Source: an uncultured Clostridia bacterium
Lineage (GTDB): Bacteria > Bacillota > Clostridia > Christensenellales > UBA1242
NCBI GenBank assembly: GCA_944332315.1
Contig: CALVJT010000021.1
Coordinates: forward strand, 8,896-72,895
DNA: 64,000 bases
Reading direction: 5' to 3'
Shown: piece by piece, positions 55,350 to 64,000 of the stretch
Position numbering within the stretch: position 1 is the stretch's first letter
Layout of the letters: the number at the start of each line of letters is the position of its first letter
Position numbers and translations under genes: made by a program
Notes under the pieces: generated by a model
Told to the model about the DNA's origin: nothing
The model's database searches: none
The model's input: only the letters and a program-made list of their open reading frames with translations

Positions 55350-55602
55350 TTTTTCCTATCCTTGCTGGTCAAAAGTCAGGTTCATTGCGAAGTAGGGAAG
55401 TAAGCAACGAACCTATTACATACTATTCTAATTTTTCAAAATGTGTAACCAAATTTTTAATAAAAGTTCTAAAACTTTGCAAATGGGCATATTCTATAAT
55501 AAATCATTGTGTGAAAAGTTTGATATAATTCATTTTTAGACATAATCTGACAAAACTTACAAAAAAATGATATTAAATAATTTATATAATTGGGGTGCAT
55601 AA

Positions 55603-56370
55603 ATGAAATTTATTGTGTTTAAGTTAAGCAACATAAAAAAAATAATACTTGTTTTTGTATTACTTGCGCTTTTGTGTATTAACTTGGATGGGGGTAGAGC
55701 AGCAGGAGTGTTTTTGGGTGAAACTATTAGAAAAGTACCAATATATAGTGTCGAAACTCAGGAACAAAAGGTTGCTATTTCATTTGATGCGGCATGGGGT
55801 GCAGATAAAACTGAACAAATATTGCAAATTTGTGAGGAATATGGAGTAAAGGCGACATTCTTTTTAGTTGGCTTTTGGGTTGATGAACATCCTGAACTTG
55901 TACAAAAAATTAACGAAAGTGGGTTTGAAATAGGAACTCATAGCAACACACATCCTGATATGACTAAATTGAGTGCCGAAAATCAAAAATTAGAACTTAC
56001 TACTTCTATTGAAAAAATAGAAAAAATCACTAACAAAAAAGTTGAATTATTTAGGGCACCTTATGGAGCTTACAATAATTCATTGATAGAACAAGCAGAC
56101 GGTTTAGGCTTAAAAACAATTCAATGGGATGTAGATTCGTTAGATTGGAAAGGGCTTTCTGCCCAAGACATTACAATTAGAATAGTCAACAATGCAAAGA
56201 ACGGTAGCATTATACTTTGCCACAACAACTCCGAACACATTTTAGATGCACTGCCTATGATTCTTGATAGGTTGCAGAAAAAAGGCTATACAATTACCAA
56301 TATTGGCAACCTTGTTTATCAAGATGACTATGTAATTAACAGTCAAGGAATTCAAAGCAAAAATTCGTAA
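55603..56370 (+). CDS. polysaccharide deacetylase (NodB domain), PdaA/PdaB-like, with an N-terminal anchor
   Basis: VAISFDAAWGADKTEQIL...GVKATFFLVGFWVDEHPELV...GFEIGTHSNTHPDM are NodB motifs 1-3. Confidence 0.85.
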   Translation: MKFIVFKLSNIKKIILVFVLLALLCINLDGGRAAGVFLGETIRKVPIYSVETQEQKVAISFDAAWGADKTEQILQICEEYGVKATFFLVGFWVDEHPELVQKINESGFEIGTHSNTHPDMTKLSAENQKLELTTSIEKIEKITNKKVELFRAPYGAYNNSLIEQADGLGLKTIQWDVDSLDWKGLSAQDITIRIVNNAKNGSIILCHNNSEHILDALPMILDRLQKKGYTITNIGNLVYQDDYVINSQGIQSKNS

Positions 56371-56389
56371 AGCACATTGGAGGTAAAAA

Positions 56390-57046
56390 ATGAATTACGA
56401 GCAAATGAACAACAACAAAGTATATGTATATGGCGAGATAGTTAGCAATGCTGAATATAGCCATGAAGTTTATGGAGAAGGTTTTTACAATATGGCCATA
56501 AAAATAGAAAGGCTATCTGGTCAAAGCGATTTTATTCCTATTACAATATCGGAACGCATTTTGCGTGAGGAAGGTATTAAGTTGGGTGATATGGTTGCGT
56601 TAAAAGGGCAATTCCGTAGCTATAACAAGCAGGTTGACGGCAAAAGCAAGCTTGCACTAACAATATTTGTACGAGAAGTTGTTCCTAAACAAGATAATAT
56701 GCCAACCAACACAATTGAATTATCTGGGTATATTTGTAAGGAACCTATTTATAGAACCACACCTTTTAATAGAGAAATTTGCGATGTACTTTTAGCAGTT
56801 AATAGAGCATACAATAAATCGGACTATATTCCATGTATAGCATGGGGCAGAAATGCAAGATTTGTAAAGTCTATAGAAGTTGGTGAAAAAGTTGTTCTAC
56901 AAGGTCGTATTCAAAGTAGAGAGTATCAGAAAAAAATCGACGATTACAATGTGGAAAATAGGGTGGCGTATGAAATATCAATCAGCAAAATTGCGCTTGC
57001 CACCACAGATGATGGCTTAAGAGAAAACAATGTATTTGTTTCGTAA
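56390..57046 (+). CDS. SSB-family protein with two tandem OB folds, lacking an acidic C-terminal tip
   Basis: The second half (NTIELSGYICKEPIYRTTPFNREICDVLLAVNRAYNKSDYIPCIAWGRNARFV...LQGRIQSREY) resembles SSB. The first half repeats the pattern (VYVYGEIVSNAEY...IPITISERIL...LKGQFRSYN). Confidence 0.6.
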   Translation: MNYEQMNNNKVYVYGEIVSNAEYSHEVYGEGFYNMAIKIERLSGQSDFIPITISERILREEGIKLGDMVALKGQFRSYNKQVDGKSKLALTIFVREVVPKQDNMPTNTIELSGYICKEPIYRTTPFNREICDVLLAVNRAYNKSDYIPCIAWGRNARFVKSIEVGEKVVLQGRIQSREYQKKIDDYNVENRVAYEISISKIALATTDDGLRENNVFVS

Positions 57047-57122
57047 AGGTTACTAGATAATACACAAAATGATTTGATATTTTTACATTATGTGATATAA
57101 TAAAAAACAGTGGAGAAAAGCA

Positions 57123-58067
57123 ATGGTAAATTTGTTGGAAATCGGAGTTGCATTTGAAATTTTTGGATTATCAATTAAGTGGTATGGTATAATTATAGCG
57201 ACAGGCGTTCTTGTCGCTGTTTTGGTTGCTTGTTATAATGCTAAATTCAAAAATTATAGCAAAGATTTTCCTTACGAAATTTTACTTTGGTGTTTTCCGC
57301 TTGCCATAGTTGGGGCAAGAGTTTACTATATTCTATTTTCAGGTGAATCTTATACTTTTGTTGAGGCTATATCCATTTGGAATGGTGGATTGGCAATTTA
57401 TGGTGGAATAATAGGGGGGCTTATTGGGCTTATACTCTATTCCCTAATACGCAATCAAAATTTGTTAAAAGTGACTGATTTGGTGGTTCCTAGCCTTGTA
57501 ATTGCTCAAGCTATTGGTAGATGGGGCAATTTTGCTAATCAAGAGGTATATGGAACAGTTGTCAACAATCCAGATTTACAATGGTTTCCTTTTGCCGTAT
57601 ACATTGATAGACTACAAGAATGGCACTACGCTACATTTTTTTATGAAAGTATGATTTGTGTGCTTATTTTTGTTGTATTGATGATTATATTTAGAAAAAC
57701 TAAAGCTTTTGGTATTATTTCGGGCGTATACTTGATTTTGTATGGCATAGAGCGATATTTCCTAGAGGGGATGCGTCAGGAAAGTGAGATTCTCTTTATT
57801 GGTGATACAAATATCCCAGTATCGCAAGTTGTCAGCATTATTTGCGTAATAGCAGGGCTTGGGTTGCTAATATATGTAACTGTTATGAAACTTAAAAAAG
57901 TTCGAGCAGAGTTGGCTATGCAAAACAACAATAGTAATCATTTGCAAAACTTGGCTGAAACTACTGAAAGTAATAATAAAATTGTAAACGCTACAGATGT
58001 AGATACTATCAAAGAAAATGCTGAACAAAAAGAAATAATAGAGAATAAAGTGGAGAATAAAAGTTGA
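57123..58067 (+). CDS. lgt: prolipoprotein diacylglyceryl transferase
   Basis: IKWYGIIIATGVL, GGLAIYGGIIGG and GRWGNFANQEVYG are Lgt signature blocks. It has a ~55-aa polar C-terminal tail. Confidence 0.9.
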   Translation: MVNLLEIGVAFEIFGLSIKWYGIIIATGVLVAVLVACYNAKFKNYSKDFPYEILLWCFPLAIVGARVYYILFSGESYTFVEAISIWNGGLAIYGGIIGGLIGLILYSLIRNQNLLKVTDLVVPSLVIAQAIGRWGNFANQEVYGTVVNNPDLQWFPFAVYIDRLQEWHYATFFYESMICVLIFVVLMIIFRKTKAFGIISGVYLILYGIERYFLEGMRQESEILFIGDTNIPVSQVVSIICVIAGLGLLIYVTVMKLKKVRAELAMQNNNSNHLQNLAETTESNNKIVNATDVDTIKENAEQKEIIENKVENKS

Positions 58068-58468
58068 ATAAAATAACGATTTATAACATAGTATTTTTTA
58101 GTCTTATTGCAGTATATTTATTGTGTTTAGTACTAAATTTGTGTGGCGTATCAGCATTTGAATTTATAGTAGTATTTTGGTTTCAAATATTTTTGTATGT
58201 AATGGGTGTACTAGTTTTGACTAGAGGTATACTATTTAAACTAGATTCATCAATTTTTGCAGGTATTGCATTAATTTTAGTGGCAACTGTATTTTTATTG
58301 CGTGATATATTTGTATTGCCTTTTTACTACATCTTAACACCACTAGCTGGCAGTTTAACACTTTCGTTTATAATTGTATATTTTATATTCAAAAATAAGT
58401 TATATCTAAAACTATTTTTGTATTCACTCATACTATTGGGTTTAAGTTGTATTGGCTATGCTTTTTGA
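58064..58468 (+). CDS. hypothetical polytopic membrane protein
   Basis: TTG start overlapping the lgt stop, with GGAG upstream. Four predicted TM helices. Confidence 0.45.
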   Translation: MNKITIYNIVFFSLIAVYLLCLVLNLCGVSAFEFIVVFWFQIFLYVMGVLVLTRGILFKLDSSIFAGIALILVATVFLLRDIFVLPFYYILTPLAGSLTLSFIIVYFIFKNKLYLKLFLYSLILLGLSCIGYAF

Positions 58469-58480
58469 TAAGGAGAAAAT

Positions 58481-59353
58481 ATGGAAGGATTTGATATTGA
58501 GCGTAAGGGCTATAATAAAAAAGAAGTCGATGAATATATAATGGGGCTAAAGAATCAGTATGATGATATGTTGGAAAAACTTAAGCAGGAATCTATGCAG
58601 GCACAAGCCGAGTTAATGCAGTGCAAAATGGAGCTTGAAACCTATCATAATAAGGACGACCAAATTTCTAATGCCCTAGTTGTGGCTGTTGAAACTGCAA
58701 AGGAAATAGAATCTAGTGCCAAAACCATCTATGAATTAGAAATTAAAAGAGTAAAAGTTCTTTATAAAAAATGGAAAAATATTTTGAATGAAATTAAAGC
58801 GCTTTATCCAAATATAAAAAGCACGAGTGGCATATCTATTTTATTCAATGAATTTGAAGATGCCTTAAACAAAATTTTATCCAAAGAAACCGAATTATCA
58901 TCTATGCCTAGTAATGTAAATAAAACAGCAGAAAAAATATACGCAAAAACACTGTTATCTAGGATGTGGGGAAATAATCAGGTTGCTGGCGTAAAGCCTA
59001 ATGAAGTTTCAGAAGTACCAACTATTAAACGAAAGGATGTTAAGGATAGGGCAAATTTGGATGTACAACCCAAAGAGGCAAAAGAACCTGCAAAGGATGT
59101 AAACGCAGATAATGAAGGCGACTTTGAAAAATTCCTTAAAAGTGAATTTGATGACTTTGATAATTTTCAATACAAAAAAACTCATAAGGATGCAAAAGTA
59201 TCTCCAAATAGTAAGTCAAGCTATCTAACTGCTCTAGAACAAAGCATAAACAAGCAGGCATGTAGTGATGATGATAAATTTGATATGCTAGAAGCATTGA
59301 AACCTAAAGAGGACTTAATGGATATTATGAAAAGTTTTAATCTAGACGATTAA
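58481..59353 (+). CDS. DivIVA-domain protein
   Basis: The N-terminus FDIERKGYNKKEVDEYI is the DivIVA N-terminal motif (F..x..GY...EVD.F/Y), followed by a coiled coil. Confidence 0.7.
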   Translation: MEGFDIERKGYNKKEVDEYIMGLKNQYDDMLEKLKQESMQAQAELMQCKMELETYHNKDDQISNALVVAVETAKEIESSAKTIYELEIKRVKVLYKKWKNILNEIKALYPNIKSTSGISILFNEFEDALNKILSKETELSSMPSNVNKTAEKIYAKTLLSRMWGNNQVAGVKPNEVSEVPTIKRKDVKDRANLDVQPKEAKEPAKDVNADNEGDFEKFLKSEFDDFDNFQYKKTHKDAKVSPNSKSSYLTALEQSINKQACSDDDKFDMLEALKPKEDLMDIMKSFNLDD

Positions 59354-59393
59354 AAGATATGGTGTATTCTATTTTTAGAATACACCATATCTT
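59354..59393 (+). terminator. long hairpin after the DivIVA-domain gene
   Basis: 17-bp stem AAGATATGGTGTATTCT / AGAATACACCATATCTT, loop ATTTTT. The trailing U-run is weak. Confidence 0.5.
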
Positions 59394-59753
59394 GTATTAT
59401 ATCTATTTTAGATGTTTTGCTCAATATAAAAGATTATTCTTTTTATTTATATATTAAATTAATGATATGCAAAAAATTTTATATAATAACTATATTACCC
59501 CAAAATTAAAATTTTTTTAAGAAGTAATTTTAGATAGTACCACGAATTACCATTTATTTAAGGTACTATTTTTTCTTTAGGTCGCAAAATCAAAATAGGA
59601 TGAAAAGACAAATTAATATTGTGTTGATAAAGTAGATTTGTTTTTTAGAATAGCAAACTTCAATATTTAGTATAAATCAGTAAAGATTCTATGTTAAATA
59701 TTGGCGTGTAGTTGAGTTTGATAAGAACAATAGACTTTAATATTAAAATAGAA

Positions 59754-59784
59754 TAAAAAATAGGTATGAGATTACCATACCTAT
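59754..59784 (-). terminator. terminator hairpin overlapping the cvpA stop codon
   Basis: Stem ATAGGTATG / CATACCTAT. On the minus strand it is followed by UUUUUUAUU. Confidence 0.65.
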
Positions 59785-60500
59785 AAACTTAAAGATAGAT
59801 TGTAGCGCGAAGTAAAGTTATCTATTAAATCAAATATCCAATTAGCATAATCGTTTAGTATCGTGGTCTTATCTAGCCAAGTTGTTACAAAGTCATTTAT
59901 GGCAGGGACAACACAAAGAATATTTAATATAGCTATTACAACTGCAACAAATATCAAACCTTTTACTGCACCGAAAAAGAATCCAAGTACTCTATCAAGC
60001 CCGTTGATTGCTCTATTTTCGGTAATTTTATCAAATAGTTTTGAAAGTAGAGCTAGCACAATTCTGATTAACAGGAACAGCAATACTGCGCCACAAAGCG
60101 TAGTGAGCAATCCACCTAGTTTTAGCGAGAACCAAGCAAGGACATTGGTGCCTTCTGCAAGAACCTCACTGCCTAGCATTATATCTAAAAGCGATTTTAG
60201 AATTCCATTGACATCAAAAGTATCAATTAGGGTAGAAGCCGTAGTTGCTGTTTGTACTTCATAATTCAATTCTCCGAAGCCTGAGACAACTCCATTCATT
60301 AAATCGGCAAACATACTCGATATTGAACCATCGAATAGATTATCGATAAAACTCGAGAAAGGAGGAGCCAACCAAACGGCAAGCACTATAGATAATGCTA
60401 TACCAACTAAAGATACTAATGATGCTAGAAAGCCCTGTTTTAGACCCCATAATGCAAATAATACAATGAGGACGATAAAAACAATATCAATCCAAAACAT
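59781..60500 (-). CDS. cvpA: CvpA-family membrane protein
   Basis: MFWIDIVFIVLIVLFALWGLKQGFLASLVSLVG is a typical CvpA N-terminus. SD AGGAG. Confidence 0.8.
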   Translation of the reverse strand: MFWIDIVFIVLIVLFALWGLKQGFLASLVSLVGIALSIVLAVWLAPPFSSFIDNLFDGSISSMFADLMNGVVSGFGELNYEVQTATTASTLIDTFDVNGILKSLLDIMLGSEVLAEGTNVLAWFSLKLGGLLTTLCGAVLLFLLIRIVLALLSKLFDKITENRAINGLDRVLGFFFGAVKGLIFVAVVIAILNILCVVPAINDFVTTWLDKTTILNDYANWIFDLIDNFTSRYNLSLSL

Positions 60501-60631
60501 CTTTTACTCCTATGAATATATTAATATAATATCATAAAAAAAAATTTTTGTCACTAGTTTTAGCCATATAAAATGCAAAAATTGCAATTTTTGATAATTA
60601 AATACAAAAAGTCCCATAAAAAAGGGGACTT

Positions 60632-61411
60632 TTATGCCGAAAATATGTATAATTCTTTTATTTTGCCGTTTTTTCTTGCGTTTTTTATTACATTTTGCGT
60701 TATGATATTGCCCTTTTTAGCAATTAGTTCTTTTGATTGGTTATATAAATTTTGAGTTATAACTCTGCCTAATAAAATATCTGCCGAACCTGTTATTTTT
60801 AAGGGTAGGGTAGTAGATAAATGTTTATCGATATTAAAGTTTTGGATGGCGGGACTATCTTTTCTTAAAATTTTAATGGGTTCTGAGGTTTTCTCTACAC
60901 TTGGTCTTTTTATTCTAAATCGATTAATTTCTATTTCTTTATTTTTATCCTGCATTAAAACAAGTCCGTTGCCTAGTGTGGCCAACTTTTCTATGCTGAC
61001 TTCATTGTTATCGTCAATAACGCAAGAAATAACATTAAAATTATTATCAAAATTGATGTCAAATATTTTTCCTATTCTTTTGCCTAAAACGGTATACACT
61101 TCGGAATTAATTGGGTTCATATATTGTATATCAGGCTCTAGAGTACTATAATTAAAAATGCAACTGTTGTTTCTTACAATAATGGCATCTTGTCCAATAA
61201 TATAAACATCTTTTGTGGCAAGTATTTTAATTTCGTTTAGCATATCATCTGTAGTAGATTCAATGGGTTCATCTAAAATAAGCAGGTGCTTTATTTTTTG
61301 CATTTTTTTATCGAAAGATGCATTGATTATAGTACCCTCTATTTGTCCATTATATAAAGAGATTACTGGTCTTCCTAGTATATTTGAGAGTTTGTTCATA
61401 AGTTCCTCCAA
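60632..61411 (-). CDS. PRC-barrel-like domain protein (two YlmC/YmxH-like modules)
   Basis: GRPVISLYNGQIEGTIINASFD and EVYTVLGKRIGKIFDINFD resemble PRC-barrel N-terminal strands. SD GGAGG. Confidence 0.45.
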   Translation of the reverse strand: MEELMNKLSNILGRPVISLYNGQIEGTIINASFDKKMQKIKHLLILDEPIESTTDDMLNEIKILATKDVYIIGQDAIIVRNNSCIFNYSTLEPDIQYMNPINSEVYTVLGKRIGKIFDINFDNNFNVISCVIDDNNEVSIEKLATLGNGLVLMQDKNKEIEINRFRIKRPSVEKTSEPIKILRKDSPAIQNFNIDKHLSTTLPLKITGSADILLGRVITQNLYNQSKELIAKKGNIITQNVIKNARKNGKIKELYIFSA

Positions 61412-61515
61412 TCTTATTTATTTTTATGATAAAATTGTGTTATTTATGAGTGATTTTATAAAATTATATTGTTTGCTTGCAAATTGTGGCAATATATGAT
61501 AAACTACCTTTAGTT

Positions 61516-62265
61516 ATGTTTAGTAAAAAAATTCTGAGCCCTTTTGAAGAGGGGAAATGTACGCAAGATAAAATTAGGGTGCGCAAGATTAAGCTTGGTT
61601 CTAAACTGATAGTAGATGAAAATCAGGTTGCTTATATTGTGGTAAAGGGTAAACCACTTGATAAGTTTGTTACTGGCGAATTTGAGTTGGAGGGGGGCTT
61701 ACTGCCTAAATCGTATAAAGTACTAAACTTGAATAAGGCTCGCAAAGGGCGAATTACTAAAAAGATGTATTATCCTACAAGTTTTAGGGCAAGTATTGTT
61801 TTTATCAATTTACAAGCATTTCATAATATGCCATATAAAACAAATAGTATATTGCTTTTTGATAGGTTGGATGACTTTAAGTTTAAGTTATCGGGTACTT
61901 ACGATTTTAAGATATGTGATGTAGATACATTTGCTAAATTCGTATCTAAAATAGGTCGGGGAAACGATTTTGTATTAAAAAAGATAAACAAAGTTGTATC
62001 AAAGCGGGTGCGATACGAATTTCATAAAGAGGAATTTGAAATTGAAAATTTTATTATGAAAGATAAAGCTATATTTGATAGAATTGTTGACAAACTCAAT
62101 AAAAGGCTTTCAAAATATGGTATTGAGTTTTCTAACCCTACAATAGATGATTTTATTACAAACAACAGGAATTCGAACAAAATAAATGCCTACATAAGTG
62201 ATGGGCAAATTAAGTTGCGTTATCAAAATATTATTCAAGGAGAAAGCGATGTTATCACTCAATAA
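61516..62265 (+). CDS. SPFH-like (YdjI-type) domain protein
   Basis: SKLIVDENQVAYIVVKGKPLDKFVTGEFEL and the later FKLSGTYDFKICD resemble YdjI/virion-core-like SPFH proteins. Start taken as ATG 61516. Confidence 0.4.
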   Translation: MFSKKILSPFEEGKCTQDKIRVRKIKLGSKLIVDENQVAYIVVKGKPLDKFVTGEFELEGGLLPKSYKVLNLNKARKGRITKKMYYPTSFRASIVFINLQAFHNMPYKTNSILLFDRLDDFKFKLSGTYDFKICDVDTFAKFVSKIGRGNDFVLKKINKVVSKRVRYEFHKEEFEIENFIMKDKAIFDRIVDKLNKRLSKYGIEFSNPTIDDFITNNRNSNKINAYISDGQIKLRYQNIIQGESDVITQ

Positions 62266-62986
62266 TGTTACCAAAGTATTCAAAAAATACGATAAAAATT
62301 TTGTGGCTGTCGATGATTTAACTTTTAGCATCAAGGAAGGCGAAATTTTTGGCTTAATTGGTACGAATGGCGCGGGTAAAACCACCACTATGCGTATGAT
62401 AGCCACAACACTAAAACCTACTTATGGGGATATAAAAGTTTGTGGGTACGATTCTGTTAAAGATGATTCGATGGTGCGCAGGTGTTTAGGTGTTTTGTAT
62501 GGGGGAGATACTGGGCTTTATGATAGACTTACGGCTCGAGAAAATATTGAATATTTTGGCAGATTAAATGGGCTTACTGATGACGCCATAAAAAAGCAAA
62601 TGGATTATTTAGTACAGGCTTTTGGATTGCAAGATTATTTGGATAGAAGGTGCGGGTCCTTTTCAAGGGGGATGAAACAAAAAACTTCGTTTGCGCGCGC
62701 TATCATCCATAACCCACAAGTTATGCTTTTTGATGAGCCAACTTCGGGGTTAGATATACTTGCTAGCGAGGATGTTTTGAACTTTATAAAGCAATGCAAA
62801 AAAATGGGCAAAACGATTTTGCTTTCCTCGCACAATATGCAGGAAGTACAAGAATTATGCGATAGGGCCCTTATTATAGATAAAGGGCAAACGCTCTGTA
62901 CGGGCACTTTGAACCAAATTATGGAGCAAACTAAAACCTCATCCATAAAAGAGGCATTTATTAAACTTGTTAAAAGGGAAATTTAG
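62249..62986 (+). CDS. ABC transporter ATP-binding protein (NatA-like, ABC-2 exporter)
   Basis: Walker A GTNGAGKTT, signature FSRGMKQKTSFARAI, Walker B VMLFDEPTSGLD. Start at ATG 62249 (SD AAGGAGAAA). Confidence 0.88.
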   Translation: MLSLNNVTKVFKKYDKNFVAVDDLTFSIKEGEIFGLIGTNGAGKTTTMRMIATTLKPTYGDIKVCGYDSVKDDSMVRRCLGVLYGGDTGLYDRLTARENIEYFGRLNGLTDDAIKKQMDYLVQAFGLQDYLDRRCGSFSRGMKQKTSFARAIIHNPQVMLFDEPTSGLDILASEDVLNFIKQCKKMGKTILLSSHNMQEVQELCDRALIIDKGQTLCTGTLNQIMEQTKTSSIKEAFIKLVKREI

Positions 62987-62988
62987 TA

Positions 62989-64000
62989 ATGAAAAATAAA
63001 ATGTTTAATCAATATAGTATAGTTCTAAAAAAAGAACTAAAAGATGCGTTTCGAGATAAAAAGAGCATTTTAGCGACATTTGTTCTACCGCTTATACTGT
63101 TTCCTATATTTTTTCTTATTATAGGACTAAGTGGAGATAGTTTGTCAGAAAAGGCAGTTAATCCTAGGTTGACTATTGTGCAGGGGGAATCTGTTGCAAG
63201 TGTTGCTGTAGATAGTGCTGAGTACGATTATTTTTTTGATAATATTTTCCCATTAGGTCAAAATCTCCAAGTTAATTATGTTGAAGTAGATGATTTTAAG
63301 CAAGCGCTTATTGATGGAGATATATATTTAGCTATTATAATTTCCGATTCATTTTTGGATGATATTGCCAACGCAAATAAAAGCGTAGATATTCAAGTTA
63401 TCTACGATGACCGCTCCACTAGTGGTAGCACAAGCGCTGGCGTTATTGTAGATTTATTAAGCATATACAGTGACCAATTACTTGCTGATAGGGTGGGCGA
63501 AATTGACCCCGATATTTCAATGACTCCAGTTGTTGGAAGTTCTCTATCACTATCGCAGGCGTATGATGACATTGATAGGTATGGTACAGATAGCGCAATT
63601 TTACATTTAATTATTCCTATGTTGTTGACTATGCTAATATCAATTGGTGGCGCTTCTATAGCTACAGATTTAGTTGCGGGCGAAAAAGAAAGGAATACCT
63701 TTGAGCCTTTGCTTTCCACAGGGGCAAGCAGATTTAGCATACTATCGGCAAAATATACTGTTATAATTATTTTTAGTTTTTTGAGTGCGATAGCGGAAGT
63801 TTTATCCATAGTAGTATCAATGCTAATAACTAAGGATGTCTTTACAACAAGTGCGTTTTCATCTATCTACTTGCCTGTAGATGGGATAATTTTGGTTGTT
63901 CTAAATCTGTTGATGCTTGCAGCGCTATTTAGTGGTTTGTTGCTAATTTTGACAAGCACAAGTAGCACGCTAAAGGAAGCACAAAGCAAATCTACAATCA
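62989..64000 (+). CDS. ABC-2 type permease (NatB-like), 3' end beyond the window
   Basis: I translated by hand from ATG 62989 and found no stop up to nt 64000. It contains AGEKERNTFEPLLSTG, the NatB-type conserved loop. It is absent from the ORF track because it is unterminated. Confidence 0.75.
   Translation, partial: MKNKMFNQYSIVLKKELKDAFRDKKSILATFVLPLILFPIFFLIIGLSGDSLSEKAVNPRLTIVQGESVASVAVDSAEYDYFFDNIFPLGQNLQVNYVEVDDFKQALIDGDIYLAIIISDSFLDDIANANKSVDIQVIYDDRSTSGSTSAGVIVDLLSIYSDQLLADRVGEIDPDISMTPVVGSSLSLSQAYDDIDRYGTDSAILHLIIPMLLTMLISIGGASIATDLVAGEKERNTFEPLLSTGASRFSILSAKYTVIIIFSFLSAIAEVLSIVVSMLITKDVFTTSAFSSIYLPVDGIILVVLNLLMLAALFSGLLLILTSTSSTLKEAQSKSTI

Noticed and set aside
55350-55440. Possible TPP (thi-box) riboswitch in the minus-strand leader of the NitT/TauT ABC operon, prompted by ACCUGA...CCAGCAAGGA.
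   Set aside because: The 5' half lacks the conserved CUGAGA element and the expected helices. I can support only a simple hairpin, so no riboswitch class is called.
60573-60755. 60-aa plus-strand ORF overlapping the 3' end of the PRC-barrel gene.
   Set aside because: It overlaps a better-supported minus-strand gene, has no SD, and gives a hydrophobic low-complexity translation.
1-64000. Search for CRISPR arrays, rRNA, IS elements or transposases, integrases, prophage blocks, toxin-antitoxin pairs, restriction-modification or other known defence systems.
   Set aside because: I saw no direct-repeat/spacer array, no rRNA-like sequence, and no ORF with transposase, integrase, phage-structural, nuclease-methylase or other defence-system hallmarks. 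The window is core genome apart from the items listed under findings.

Overview
AT-rich chromosomal segment from an endospore-forming low-GC Firmicute, Clostridia-like (spoIVA and spoIIIAA-AE are present). It is almost entirely core genome. Genes in order: the 3' end of a SEDS (FtsW/RodA/SpoVE) gene, murA, an ftsQ-like gene, truA, rplM-rpsI, lepA-hemW, der-plsY, a large surface protein, spoIVA, tkt, a parE/parC-type topoisomerase pair, an FAD protein, an MtaD-like amidohydrolase, hpf, ruvX, the rimP-nusA-ylxR-infB-rbfA-nrnA-truB operon, spoIIIAA-AE, a GNAT, pgsA, an orphan NMT1-like binding lipoprotein, TSCPD and DUF4364 genes, ylbJ, an SLT lytic transglycosylase, an S8 protease, a DapB-like dehydrogenase, NitT/TauT-type ABC permease and ATPase genes, a NodB deacetylase, a tandem-OB SSB-like gene, lgt, a DivIVA-domain gene, cvpA, and a NatAB-like ABC exporter that runs off the 3' end. 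There are two minus-strand tRNAs (Lys-CUU and Glu-CUC). I saw no rRNA, CRISPR array, transposase, integrase or prophage genes. The observations most worth follow-up are these. (1) A 14-G homopolymer lies between a complete promoter/SD/ATG and a 1017-codon surface-protein ORF that is currently out of frame, which looks like a slipped-strand phase switch. That gene also carries a ~59% G+C cassette of about 0.3 kb. (2) The ParC-type subunit has a 258-codon acidic N-terminal extension that opens with a tandem duplication containing QMSIF and QLDLF, the latter an exact beta-clamp-binding consensus. (3) The spoIIIA locus stops after spoIIIAE and is followed by a GNAT gene with its own consensus promoter. 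(4) spoIVA and spoIIIAA share an identical TCATAA-N-N14-AATATAAT promoter motif. (5) Two dispersed intergenic repeat families (about 100 nt and about 70 nt) have several copies each. (6) A Cys/His-repeat tail sits on a DapB-like dehydrogenase. (7) A 44-codon ORF with a perfect SD is missing from the ORF track. All calls come from reading the sequence and ORF translations by eye. No database search or folding computation was run.
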